A stretch of 64,000 nucleotides of DNA from positions 2,046,001 to 2,110,000 of the forward strand of contig JBLDXI010000020.1 of NCBI GenBank assembly GCA_047495785.1, in the 5' to 3' direction. Source of the DNA: Lepidodermella squamata (taxonomy: Eukaryota > Animalia > Gastrotricha). Below the pieces are notes generated by a model. The model made no database searches, was not told where the DNA came from, and saw only the letters and a program-made list of their open reading frames with translations. The translations under genes were made by a program, and so were the position numbers. This document shows positions 50,601-61,675 of this stretch, piece after piece (the first letter of the stretch is position 1; each line of letters begins with the position of its first letter).

Positions 50601-53309
50601 GATCAATTGCTCCTTCAACCGAATTTGCGCCTGCAAATCGCCCAGCTGGTCGCTCAACTTGCTCGCCCGATCGCGACTTTCAGCCAGGGCGAGCGCGGCT
50701 TTTGTCGAATTTTGCGTCTTATTCTGCAGGGCTGGGGAGGCGGTCTGGCCTGCTGCGATTTTAGCAGCGATTTTTCGACCCTCCGTCACTTTGTAAGTAC
50801 CCCGGCGACCTTCCTTTAAATTTCCAGCTTTCTCCGCTGGTTCTTCATCGTCGCTTATCGACGGCCCGCTTTCCGCCGATTTTACCAGGACTGAGTCTGA
50901 ATCTTCGAGCCGGGATTGCAGCAGGGCGGACCGGGCTCGAAATGACTGCATAACTTTATCGGCTGAAACAAATGCCGGGCTCGTGTGGACGTGGCGAGAA
51001 ATCGGCCGAGATGCGTTGATTCGCTCCTGAACCGGCACAGATCTCGGTCTTTGGCTCGAGACCGGTAGGATATTCGTCGGACGAAACCGCTGGTAATTGC
51101 CGGTATCACTTCGGGTTTCGGCCTGATTTTCGTCGATTGCCTGGAACATGAGACTAGCTCCGACGTCGATTGATCGAGAAACAAGATTGGCTCGAGCGTT
51201 AAGAGCTTGTTGTTGTTTGGCTCGAAGTTCTGAGACTTCTAGCTCTTTAGAAACCAACATTTGCTGCAAACGCGCAATTTCGCTCGAAAATTTATTAACT
51301 TCCCCTGCCAATTTTTCACGATCTCGCATCTATAATAAATAAATAAATAAAAATTAATTAATTTGAAAAAATTAATTATCCAATTAATTAAAAATTAATA
51401 AAAAAAATAACGTTATTTAGTTAAATAAAATAAAATAAATAATGACTCATTCTTAATTTTAAAATTAAATTTACCGCATCTTCCGCCGTTTTCTCAAGCG
51501 ACCGAATTTGCTTAGCCCGATCCGCGAAAATTTCCTCGTCGCTTTTCAGCTCTTCCTTAGCCCGTTTCAGCTCATCCTCAAGTTTTTTGATAGTTTCACT
51601 GAATATTTCGTCGATATGCTCGGTTGGTAGGGTTGAGTTGCGTAGTTGATCAATAATTCCCAGCCAAGATTTGAACCTCGAATTTTGAGATGTTGACAGA
51701 AGTTGCGCCTGGTCCAGGGCGATCAGTTGCCGGTAAGCTTCCTCAGAAGCAACTCGATACTGAGCACACATAGCGTGTAAACTGCCGATTTTATCTTCCA
51801 GCTCTCTTAGCCGGTTCGATTGGTCATCTGATGAAGAAACAACGTCCTGCCCAACGGCGGCTAGATTAGCCATGACTGTTCTCTGGCGGTTTAGCTCGTC
51901 ACGCAGCGTCATGATTTCGCTTTTCATTGCTTCGAATTTTTTCGTTTGAGCATCTTGGTTTATCACAGGTTTGTTTTTGATATTACGGGCTCGGCTAGCG
52001 TAGTTGAGAGAGTTCAAACTTTCGTCCATGTCTGAATCAGCCGGGCCAATGCAGCAAATCATTAGCGTTTTAGCGTTACCGCCGAGTGAATCTTTCAAGA
52101 GACGAGTAATTTTCGAGTCACGGTAAGGGACATGGGTCGATCTACGACGCGGGTCTGACAAAGCACTGATCACGTTTCCCAACGCCAGAAGTCCGGAATT
52201 TATGTGAACAGATTCTGAACAGAAAATGTAGATTTTTTCTCGAGCTGATTAGTCAAATCTTACCTTTGAATCGGTCGCCAACGTTTTTGGTTCTAGCTGC
52301 GCGCTCACTGCCCGCCAAGTCGACAAAATGAAATTTCGAGCGAATAATGTGATGCATTGTGTTATCTTTTGATATTAAAATTACAGTAAGGAAATGAGCC
52401 ACGAATTGTACTCAGCACTTACTTTGTTGTCCCTCGACAGCATCGACTATGTCATGCTTAACATCCAATTCGCTCATCCAAGTTTGCTCTGATAATTAAC
52501 GAATAAGTGATACAGTTTAGGCAATGATATGAATGTATACCTAGAGTAACTGTGAAAACGGAATGGGATCGACTTGATTGATCATTCATTCCAGTTGCAC
52601 CAGTGTGACGCACCGCTGAGCCTCGGCGCAAACAGGCTATTACTTCAGCTTCATTTGTACACACAACCTCTTCAACTCCGAACAGAACTGTGTTTCCTGC
52701 ATCATCTTCGCGTATGTGAAGGTCTTTGCAGCTAGTGTCTGGTCGAAGCAGATCATGAAGCTCTTCTTTGTATATCTCAATGTAAGACACCCGAATAGAG
52801 TAGACCTTTCCGGCTTTGTGCTAAAAATATTGATTCTAAGATTATGCATCTTCAATGACTGAAGAAATTACCCTCAGTTGATGAAAGAAAGCGGAGATAG
52901 CTCTAGGAACGACACCGAAATGATCATCTTCGTCCGGGTCAAGGACATGGCCTGTCACGGTGTGAGTTTTACCAGATCCCTTTAATTAACAAGGTTAAAC
53001 GTGAAAGACATGAGTAATCGTAAAATTACGCACCGTTTGACCATACGCAAAGACTGTTGCGTTATAGCCTTCCAGAAATCCGTTGACGAGCGGAGTAACA
53101 CAAGCCTCGTATACTTCCACTTGAGTAGACCGGGGCGCAAAAACATAGTCGAAGGAAAAAGTTTTGTCGCGACCAATGATAAGTTGGTTTGTAGCTAAAA
53201 CTAATCTAACACAACTTCGCTCATTTCCAACCTTTTCTCGTTCAACTAGAGGACGAACACGCACAGCGACTTTAACAGCAGTTTCTTCTTCATTCTTGCC
53301 GTTCAGCAT
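47652..53309 (-). CDS. KIF27: Kinesin-4 family KIF27/KIF7-like protein
   Basis: AVKVAVRVRPL, IIGRDKTFSFDYVF, YNATVFAYGQT|GSGKT, SSRSHSVF, FHFVDLAGSE, HVPYRDSKITRLLKDSLGG, long coiled coils, C-terminal VRVSRRGLRELS. Confidence 0.88.
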
Positions 53310-53877
53310 TTTAAGATTTCTAGAAGATAACAAATGATGGATTCCACGTAAATATAAAATATGAAGAATTAGGCATCATCGCAGCTATGGACGAGCCACA
53401 CACCGTTCGAGATAAGACATATCTCCATATTGCATTCCATATTGGGGCCATATTGCACCCTCCTACGCCCGGTGAGGTACAGCCCTGTCTATGATGATTA
53501 CAGCTTTACACTTCGATGAGTTTCGCCGCCGAACTTAATGTGAGGAAAGGAGGATGATCGTAGATTATTGACGGTCGTCCCAGAGCAAATACCTGGGGAT
53601 ACGACAGGCTACGCTTGCATTCTTTAGCACCTACAGCGGGTAACGGGTATATCCGTGTCGATAGCCGTTAATCACCTGTATCATCGCCTCTCCAACATAC
53701 TTCGTTTGGCTTTAACATTAACACCACAAAGCGCATGGCAGACGAGAAGGGGAAGGGGCTTGACTCCTTCAACGGAATAAAACCCTGTTTATGGCTCACC
53801 TCTCTCACGCCCTTTCCTAGCTTTGAAACAAGGTCCTAGATAAGTAAGTATCGAGTACCCAACATGAATTTTACGAA

Positions 53878-53941
53878 TGAATCAGCTAGCAGCTCATCGC
53901 GGAGGATTACATTTTTCATGGGTTGCAAACGTTAGCGTCCT
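53878..53941. repeat. 64-bp direct repeat (left copy, putative TSD)
   Basis: tgaatcagctagcagctc...gcaaacgttagcgtcct, identical to 58041-58104. Confidence 0.95.
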
Positions 53942-54083
53942 ATTCTATTCGTTCCATTTATTTCCACAGCACCGTCGATGAATTAATCAATATTAATTAA
54001 ACATATATATGGGGGAAAAAAGAAAAACAGACAATTGTAGCCAGGTTAATAAATGAAAAAACAATTACCTGCCTATCACATGA

Positions 54084-57000
54084 TTAAGCAGGGATAGTAT
54101 TATACTTGTTAATTTTTTCTACTTCTCGTAACCAGGATAAGAGTGATAACATTTCCGGTTCTTTATCTAGATCAGTGTAGAAGAATATTTTTTCGAAATA
54201 ATTATAGGCATTGCTAGGGATATTTGCACGTTTATTTTTAGTCGACATGTTGGCCGAATCGCAGGACGACAGGTAGTGTACCAGCATGTGCCAACTGTCC
54301 AAAGCTGGGTTCACCGGCGAATTGCAACGTAAGCATTTGCCAGATGAAATATATATCATAGGTTTGAAGGTAGAGTTACACCTGATCCGCAATAATGTGT
54401 TAACGAGCGGGCGGGGTAGGAGGCGGCTGTAGTCGACCAGAATCGATGGTTTTTTAACCAGTGAGACGTCGTATGGGGAGCAAGAAATGTGGAGGGCCAT
54501 GCGTTCATGACATTCAGCTCTCGATAATTCAAATAAGGCACGCTTGACTAGGTCAATCTTGATGTGCACTGGGCAACCCGCTTCGAGCAACCAACTGAGG
54601 TTCAACTTTTCCAGCTCGCGCCGTCCTTTGATGAGAAGATTACGGGTGGGTTGAGAAAGCTGTCGGAGGTTAAGCATGGCATGGTGAAGTAGAGTATTTT
54701 CAGCGGACGATTGCATCTTGAACAACATACGTAGTGCGGCAATGACTCTGGCCTGGGCTGGCGAGACCAATTTGAATTCGGTGTCGATCAGGTCATGGCT
54801 GGTAGAGATGGGAAGATTAAATGCTTTTTTAATGAATCGCGAATGACTGGGCGGCGAGGATGAAGGAGTGAACAAACCCCATATTTCAGCACCGTGCGTG
54901 TAGGTGGATAGAACGCAGGTGTTATATAATTCACGAATATTTTCCGGTGACATATCGTTGAAATGATGAAAAAGAGTGGGAACTATACCAATAGCACGCT
55001 GGATTTTCATGGCCGCGTGTTTGATGGCGCCGCTGTAAAGTAGCCTGTCCGATACGATGATACCCAGGTAAGTGAAATCTCGAACAACTTCGAGTTGTGC
55101 ACCTTCGTATGAGACTTCAGTGTTGATGGGATCAAAGCTTTTATGAAAAACCATGACTTTAGTCTTCTTAACATTTACCGTCAGCTCATTCGCCGCCGAA
55201 TAACAGCTCAGTTTGTACAGGTACTTTTGAAGTTCGATAGCTCGATAGGCAAAAAACACAAGGTCATCGGCGTACAAGATAACCCGGATAGTGAGAAGAC
55301 CAAGCGGAAGACCTTTGCACTGTAGTTTAGCGAACTCGTCGACGATATCGTCGATAAATAGCGTGAACAAGAGAGGCGAGAGCGGATCTCCCTGTTTGAC
55401 GCCGCGATTAAGGGGAAAAGAATCGGTTACATCACCATTGACCAAGATCGACGCTCGGCAGTTAGAGTACATATTGGCAATTATTCGAACGAAGCCCTCA
55501 GGAATACCACGCTGGCGAAGTTTTTTCAGCAGTAACTGATGATTGATCGTGTCAAACGCGCTAGTGTAGTCGACGAAACAGGCGTAGACAGGGACGCCAC
55601 GCTCTACCTCTGGAGCTAAACCGCAATGAAGAACTGTAGCGCCATCGTTAGTGGATAAACCGGATTGGAAACCAAATTGCTCAACGTTCAGAGGGCGGCC
55701 CGCTTTGGAATCGGGATGAAGCCACGCACGGAGCCTGGAGTCTAGGATTTTAGAGAAGAGCTTTGCGACGCACGGCTGCAAAGAGATAGGACGGTAGTTG
55801 CCGACGTTGTTAGCATCCCCCTTTTTGAACACAGGAGTGATCAAGGAAGTCTTCCACTCCTCTGGGTATGTCCCTTCAGAGATTATTTTCGAATAGAGCA
55901 CTGAGAGGTAAGGAGCCATTAGGGTGATTTCGTCATTTATGTTTGAAAATTTCACACCATCGAGACCAGCGGCAGATGAGAGGTTACAGTCCTTCAGATT
56001 CTCAATTATCTCTTCTTGCGTTACAGGCGAGAGCAGAATGGCGATACCGATTACCGAGTCATTCCCATCAGCAGGAGTTTCGACATCGCGATTATTAAAA
56101 GCAAGTTGGGAGGCAAAAATATTTTTGAAATGAGCGAAAAATTCAGCTGGCGACGGAGTGATCACATTTAGTTTATCTTTCTTTTTCAGACGCCAGACAG
56201 AGTTCGGGGATTTTACAATCGAGTCAAAAGTTGACTTATCTTTGTTGCAGAGGTCGGTCGGGCGGGTTTTCGGCTGGCCATGTTGGCTAGAGCGGATCAC
56301 TGCGGCTTCCCTGGCAATACTTGATAACAATGCCGCCATTTCATTCGCGTGCAGCTTGTCGCAGTGGCTTGACGAGATTGGCAGATTCTTTCTCAAAACA
56401 TAATTGAACTTGGTTTTGTCGAGTTTCGGGCGCTTCTGTGACAGTTCAGGGCGTTTTATTGACGCTACTATCCACGTGTGGTCTGAGCGGACACCAGAGT
56501 GGTTGGGGGGAGCAAAGTCCCCCACTTCGAAATGGGAGACTAGTCGCAACAGAGACACGTTCGAGAATGCGTAGTCAATGACTGAGCCATTTTGGTGAGC
56601 AGCTGACCAGTGGGTACATTTGCCGGCTAAATCAGGTGCAACCCTGCCGTTGAGGATTATAAGATTGGAATAGTTAATAAATGACATAAATGCATCGAGA
56701 TCACTAGACGTATTGGCTGTTTCCTGAGACTTGCGAGTGCCCAATTGTAACGGGGAAATCAGTTCAGGGGGTACTTCTAGCTGTTCACCAATGCGCTTGT
56801 TCATGTCCCCCAAAACCAACAGACGAAATTCAGACTGGTATTTACAAGACATTGTCAATATATCATCAGTAAGTTTTTCGAAAAGATTATCTAGCCCAGG
56901 TGGGATATAGACAAAGCAGACAACAAAACGGACTGGGTCAGTTATTTCCACAAATATCCAGTTTTGAGTTTTGAGCAAGACAGACGATTTGAACAGATTG

Positions 57001-57218
57001 CTAGAGTATAGAACGAAGCCCCCAGACAGGCCAGAGGTATCGGTATTGAGCTTAGCAGGTACAGTCACATTAGAAAAGTTGTCAATTGTAGGGGGTGACC
57101 ACGAATCATCCTTGCGAGTTTCAGTTACAACAAAGAAATGACATATTGAGCTTAGATAGCTAATAAAAGGTGATTTAATAGTTGAATATCCATTTAGGTT
57201 CCAGTAGCCACACAACAC
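54084..57218 (-). CDS. LINE ORF2: AP-endonuclease, reverse transcriptase and C-terminal Cys/His motif
   Basis: WNLNG, ET, GDMN, SVIDY, SDH (APE); NYRPISL, QFGF, GVKQGDPLSP, YADD, YLGI (RT); CLRC..H...C. Track start is GTG, not ATG. Confidence 0.95.
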   Translation of the reverse strand: MLCGYWNLNGYSTIKSPFISYLSSICHFFVVTETRKDDSWSPPTIDNFSNVTVPAKLNTDTSGLSGGFVLYSSNLFKSSVLLKTQNWIFVEITDPVRFVVCFVYIPPGLDNLFEKLTDDILTMSCKYQSEFRLLVLGDMNKRIGEQLEVPPELISPLQLGTRKSQETANTSSDLDAFMSFINYSNLIILNGRVAPDLAGKCTHWSAAHQNGSVIDYAFSNVSLLRLVSHFEVGDFAPPNHSGVRSDHTWIVASIKRPELSQKRPKLDKTKFNYVLRKNLPISSSHCDKLHANEMAALLSSIAREAAVIRSSQHGQPKTRPTDLCNKDKSTFDSIVKSPNSVWRLKKKDKLNVITPSPAEFFAHFKNIFASQLAFNNRDVETPADGNDSVIGIAILLSPVTQEEIIENLKDCNLSSAAGLDGVKFSNINDEITLMAPYLSVLYSKIISEGTYPEEWKTSLITPVFKKGDANNVGNYRPISLQPCVAKLFSKILDSRLRAWLHPDSKAGRPLNVEQFGFQSGLSTNDGATVLHCGLAPEVERGVPVYACFVDYTSAFDTINHQLLLKKLRQRGIPEGFVRIIANMYSNCRASILVNGDVTDSFPLNRGVKQGDPLSPLLFTLFIDDIVDEFAKLQCKGLPLGLLTIRVILYADDLVFFAYRAIELQKYLYKLSCYSAANELTVNVKKTKVMVFHKSFDPINTEVSYEGAQLEVVRDFTYLGIIVSDRLLYSGAIKHAAMKIQRAIGIVPTLFHHFNDMSPENIRELYNTCVLSTYTHGAEIWGLFTPSSSPPSHSRFIKKAFNLPISTSHDLIDTEFKLVSPAQARVIAALRMLFKMQSSAENTLLHHAMLNLRQLSQPTRNLLIKGRRELEKLNLSWLLEAGCPVHIKIDLVKRALFELSRAECHERMALHISCSPYDVSLVKKPSILVDYSRLLPRPLVNTLLRIRCNSTFKPMIYISSGKCLRCNSPVNPALDSWHMLVHYLSSCDSANMSTKNKRANIPSNAYNYFEKIFFYTDLDKEPEMLSLLSWLREVEKINKYNTIPA

Positions 57219-57242
57219 GTCCGACGGGCTGCGGAAAAAGTC

Positions 57243-57971
57243 CTACGTGCGCTTCACAAAATGCGAGTCGAAAGACTCCGGGGTTTCAAGTGTTTGCACC
57301 ACTTTAAAGCTGGCACCATCAGCGACTGCAGCGAACCGCCCAACCACGGCGCCATCTTTGGTCAGCTGAATTCGATTACGGCGGATCAGAAAGAGGTCGC
57401 AGGCTTCATCCTGCTTGGATTTGATACCGTGGTCATACAACTTCTTCCGCATGTCGCGGTTCTGGTCGGACAGCCACGGTCTGATTTTTACGGCTTTATC
57501 ATCTTCAGGTATTGCCTTGATAACTTCGGATATTTTCCCTCGGAGAAGCGTTGAATCATTAGGTATGATGTGGATAGGTCTCGGTCTGGGAGGGTCGCCA
57601 CCAGCCACAGCAGCTCTCGGCTTGCCCATTCGTCGGACCTTGAACTTCTTGTCCTTGAGGAGGGGGATTAACTTTACAATTTTCTCCTTTAGCTTTTTTC
57701 CGTCGTCATCGTCGTCGATTTCCTCAACGTTGTTTACAACGACCGTATCCTTGTTGGCCTCATCTTTGGCTTTTTGCTCCACGGTTTTTGAGACGGTAAT
57801 GAGGGTTTGCAGCGATTTCGATACCCCAGCTAGAGTCTCTTCGTTGTTGATCAGTTTACTAATCAATTTCTCTTTATCCGCAACTTGTGCTTGGAGCTGG
57901 AGACAGTAGTCGATGACTTGCGCTTTGTCCATTTTCTCCAAAGCCTTCCTGGATATCGGTATCTCTGCCAT
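57243..57971 (-). CDS. LINE ORF1 (coiled coil plus RRM-like)
   Basis: N-terminal heptads, then VVVNNVEE..RRMGK..RPRPI..IRPWLSDQNRDMRKKL, typical of LINE ORF1p. Confidence 0.85.
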   Translation of the reverse strand: MAEIPISRKALEKMDKAQVIDYCLQLQAQVADKEKLISKLINNEETLAGVSKSLQTLITVSKTVEQKAKDEANKDTVVVNNVEEIDDDDDGKKLKEKIVKLIPLLKDKKFKVRRMGKPRAAVAGGDPPRPRPIHIIPNDSTLLRGKISEVIKAIPEDDKAVKIRPWLSDQNRDMRKKLYDHGIKSKQDEACDLFLIRRNRIQLTKDGAVVGRFAAVADGASFKVVQTLETPESFDSHFVKRT

Positions 57972-58040
57972 GATCGTACACAGTACTTATATAAACGTCT
58001 CCTATCTCAGAAAATTTAATATTCAATCGCAGATATTTCC

Positions 58041-58104
58041 TGAATCAGCTAGCAGCTCATCGCGGAGGATTACATTTTTCATGGGTTGCAAACGTTAGCG
58101 TCCT
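58041..58104. repeat. 64-bp direct repeat (right copy, putative TSD)
   Basis: Identical to 53878-53941. Confidence 0.95.
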
Positions 58105-61100
58105 TAGATTTCCCATAATCGACCGTAAATATTGATATGAATAATTTTGTTACAAAAATTAAAAATTAAATGACGTCCGAAAATATATTTGTAAATTTAA
58201 GGCAGCCATTTGCCGCAGTGTTAAGGCATCGCGGCTCGCTTTTTTTTCTCAAGTTTCTTTGGTTTTGTTTGACTTCGCCGTCATTGCTGAAAAACTGCGA
58301 GAGACTCTGAGTCCCGCTCTATTGCTATGACACTCTCGGAGTTGATGACAAGAAGTAGAACGTTAAAGAGTCAGTCAACAAGGCGCCCTGAGTGAGGGGG
58401 TGATGGAAAAGATTTACTTCGATCCATGCCTTTAGGATTCTTCCCCGATTCTTCCTTAGACTTAGCACCCAAACTTAGCGCCACATTAATTGGTAACATC
58501 GGCATTGGCCTCAAATTCAGAGGTAGGAGTAACATTGAATACAAGTGCAAGGCAAAATAAAATTCGTTCCAGAAATCAGCAATATGAACAGCCAGAAGCC
58601 AGCTGATGTTAATTTTCAACATCGCACAGCTCACGGGCACCGTAATATATTTCTGTATAAGCCGACGTCAGCTTGCGCTATTCTAAGCTAACACGGGTAG
58701 ATTTTGGCTGCCTAACTAGAAGTACTTTGTCGCTAATTTGTCTTCATTGAGCTGTTTGCATATTCAGTGTGATGAAAGAATGCAAATCATCTGGCCATTG
58801 CTGTCCAGAGAATTCTTCAATTCATAATATTGAAAACAACATGACAGAAAAGTCAAGGCATAATTGCCGATGCGCTGCTGCGACAAGATTTTTTGAATCT
58901 TAAATTCATAAAAACTTGACTTCTCCGGCTTGTTCAGCTAAAGTATAAAGTAGAATAACTGGGGAAAAAAAAGAAAAATTCACGCTTGTTCTTGTCTTTA
59001 TTATGGTTTATCTAAGAAGCCGCCCGTTTTATGACTGAAGTTGCCGCCAGATAAACTATTATCTTACTGATAGATGGTGCATTATTATACCCCGTTCTCA
59101 CGCATTATTTTCGCTTCAGACTTCACAGAAACGATCACCTACACAAAAAAATCGATGGTTTTTGGATGGCCTTTCAGGATCTGGCTAATATTTCTCGCTG
59201 ACGAACGCGCGTGCGTTTCACGTGGGTCTACAAGAAGAAGATGTTTTTCTTGACGTCGAATTCTTGCAGATTTTTTTATCCAAAATAATTGGCTCAATTA
59301 CGGCGAAAATTGACAAAAAACTGACATTTTCAAATTTCACTCACATGTTCGCGTAGGATTCAAGCCACAAAACTAATTAAAAGATACTCGGGCGATTTTT
59401 TATGCGTTGACAAGTTCACCCGTGTTTAAATCAAATTTGAAAGTTCGCTTCCGACTTCTCTTTAGCGCGCAACATCACTTCAACCTCAAATCGCCTATAG
59501 ACATCACAAAATTATTATGATTGTTTGAGTGATCTTGTCGGCAAACAAGTCTACAAAATTACCTGGCAGCGATAAGGTTTTGATGATATGATTATAACAA
59601 AAAGTATTGCACCGTGTTTGTCCGTGGGCGTACACTTGCATAACATGGCGGAACTCGAGCCATACGGGGGTCAATACTACACAGAACCAGGCCTAATACA
59701 ACAATAGGTCGCGCCGAGTTTCCTCTTAATCGCGCCGTTTTTTTCCATTAAGCTGCGTTGGGCGCGCACACCGCTCTCTTTTTTCATGAGTCACCCTGGC
59801 TATTAAGTAAGTGATCGCCCTATGACTTTTTCATACTTGAAATCAGCACGAAGTGGCATTTTTATTTGAATTGGCTTACGCTTTTACTGCGCGTGGGTTA
59901 CAACTTGGCTTAAAAGCCGGCTGAAAAAACGCACCTTAATCAAAACTCCTCCGCCTAAAAACATTTAGTACTGGCGAAGCCCTGCCCTCTACGCTATATG
60001 CAGAGAATAAACGGGAGCAAAACTCTTGTCACATGCATTCCTGAACTCAAGTAGTCCTAATTTTCGGGGCAGAGGAACCACGCATATACTTCATTCGTAT
60101 ATTACGCGACTGGCGACGCGTGAAAAACTAATAAGCCGCGGCTGAAGATGACATAAAGTGCCTCAATCTAGAATCTAGACAGTTTTATTATCTCTCTTTT
60201 TACTGATTACGACTTCCCTTGGGTAAATTTTATATATATATACGTGAAAAGCGACCACCCACCTCGATTTATTACTCTGATTTTTCGATATTATCATGAC
60301 TCATGATATTACTGGCTTCTGCACCTTTAAAGACTCGGGATTATGCGGCCACTGAATGATAGCTTCGCTTTGTAGATGACAGTCGGTGTAAAATGAATAT
60401 TTATAGATTTTTCTTAATGTGTTTTCCGGTTCCTCTATTTCCTGATTCTTATCCGACTATTTTTAAGGCTGATTTTCGCTCTCATCCAGCTGGACATATC
60501 GGCTTAAAACGCCCTCCTCCCACTCATCTTCTTTTATAAATGACGCGCGCGTATCGGTAAATAAAAGTTCTTGAAGGCGAAGGTATAATTTTTCTCAAAA
60601 TTTTTTATTTACATAATTTTTCATGTGAGTGTAAATTTATTAGCCGCGCATGTAAGAAACCCTGAGGCCTACGGGCGTAGGAAACGATTGCGTTAAGGAT
60701 TTTTTCATTGGGGTAAATAAAATCATCTAGCGCGGAAAAGCGAGCCATTTTAATTGAGACGCAAATAAACCCTTACGCGCGAATAATAAAAAACTTCTTC
60801 AGGTGAAATCGATATACCCATAGTTTCAAACGAGCGCGGCGGAAAAATTAGAGAGAGAGAATGAATCCAGCTCAGGATTTATTAGGCTCTTTATTATATA
60901 TAATTATATAAATGCCTGGTCCGACGCCCTAAAAATCCCACGCAGAAAAGTTTTTTTTTCACCGCGTTTCAAGTGATGAGTGATTTTTATGACGTTAATA
61001 TCACCGTCCAGTGTTTACCTGTCACCTAAGTGTAGGCACTCTTGCGTAGGTATCGAATCATAATGTCAACCGGAAAAGATTATTTAAAAACATTACCTGA

Positions 61101-61178
61101 AAAACGACGGTCCATTTTATTTCCCAGATTTCATATTACAGCTTGAATTTTATTTCATCATTTAGTTATTTTTAAATT

Positions 61179-61675
61179 ATGTTGGTGCAGCGTTTCAACT
61201 TTTTTCATGTTGCCGCTCTTCTTGTCGGCGCCATTGCCGTTGTCCTACTAGTTGCTGTTGATACAACTGAAGCTGAGGAGTTCGCACCCTTCCCGGGCTG
61301 CCGCATCATTCAGACACTCTGTGTTAAACCCCTACAACCATGCACCAAAATTGTCTGCGATCGAGGTAGCCGACTATCGGCTCTTCAGGGTGCCGATATG
61401 GAACCAAGTTCGTATTTTTTAAAGAAATTCTTAATTTTTATTAATAATTTTGTCTCTCAGCTTCGCCAAAGCGTTCAAAGCCAACTTTCATGCGGCTCGG
61501 CAAGCGAGCGGCAAATTTTATGCGATTTGGCAAGCGCGCGTCGAACTTTATGCGATTCGGCAAGCGATCCGAGACCTTCCTACAGCCACTGTTGATCGAA
61601 ACCGACGTCGAAGATGATGGCAATGCGGCGGACAACCGAGCGCCACTGATTGGCATCACGTACGGCATGCGTTGA
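61179..61675 (+). CDS. FMRFamide-like neuropeptide precursor
   Basis: Exons 61179-61407, 61461-61675. Signal peptide, 4-Cys segment, then KR-SKPTFMRL-GKR-AANFMRF-GKR-ASNFMRF-GKR. Confidence 0.92.

Larger units (their letters stand above)
53942..58040 (-). mobile_element. Full-length non-LTR retrotransposon (APE-RT LINE, CR1/L2/RTE-X-like)
   Basis: Two intact ORFs, short 5' UTR, 3' end with AATAAA then GAACGAATAGAAT, flanked by a 64-bp direct repeat. Confidence 0.95.

Noticed and set aside
53370-53877. Possible degraded RT fragment (KYLGI, GFNINTTK)
   Set aside because: Motifs are short, in the wrong order and not in a continuous ORF
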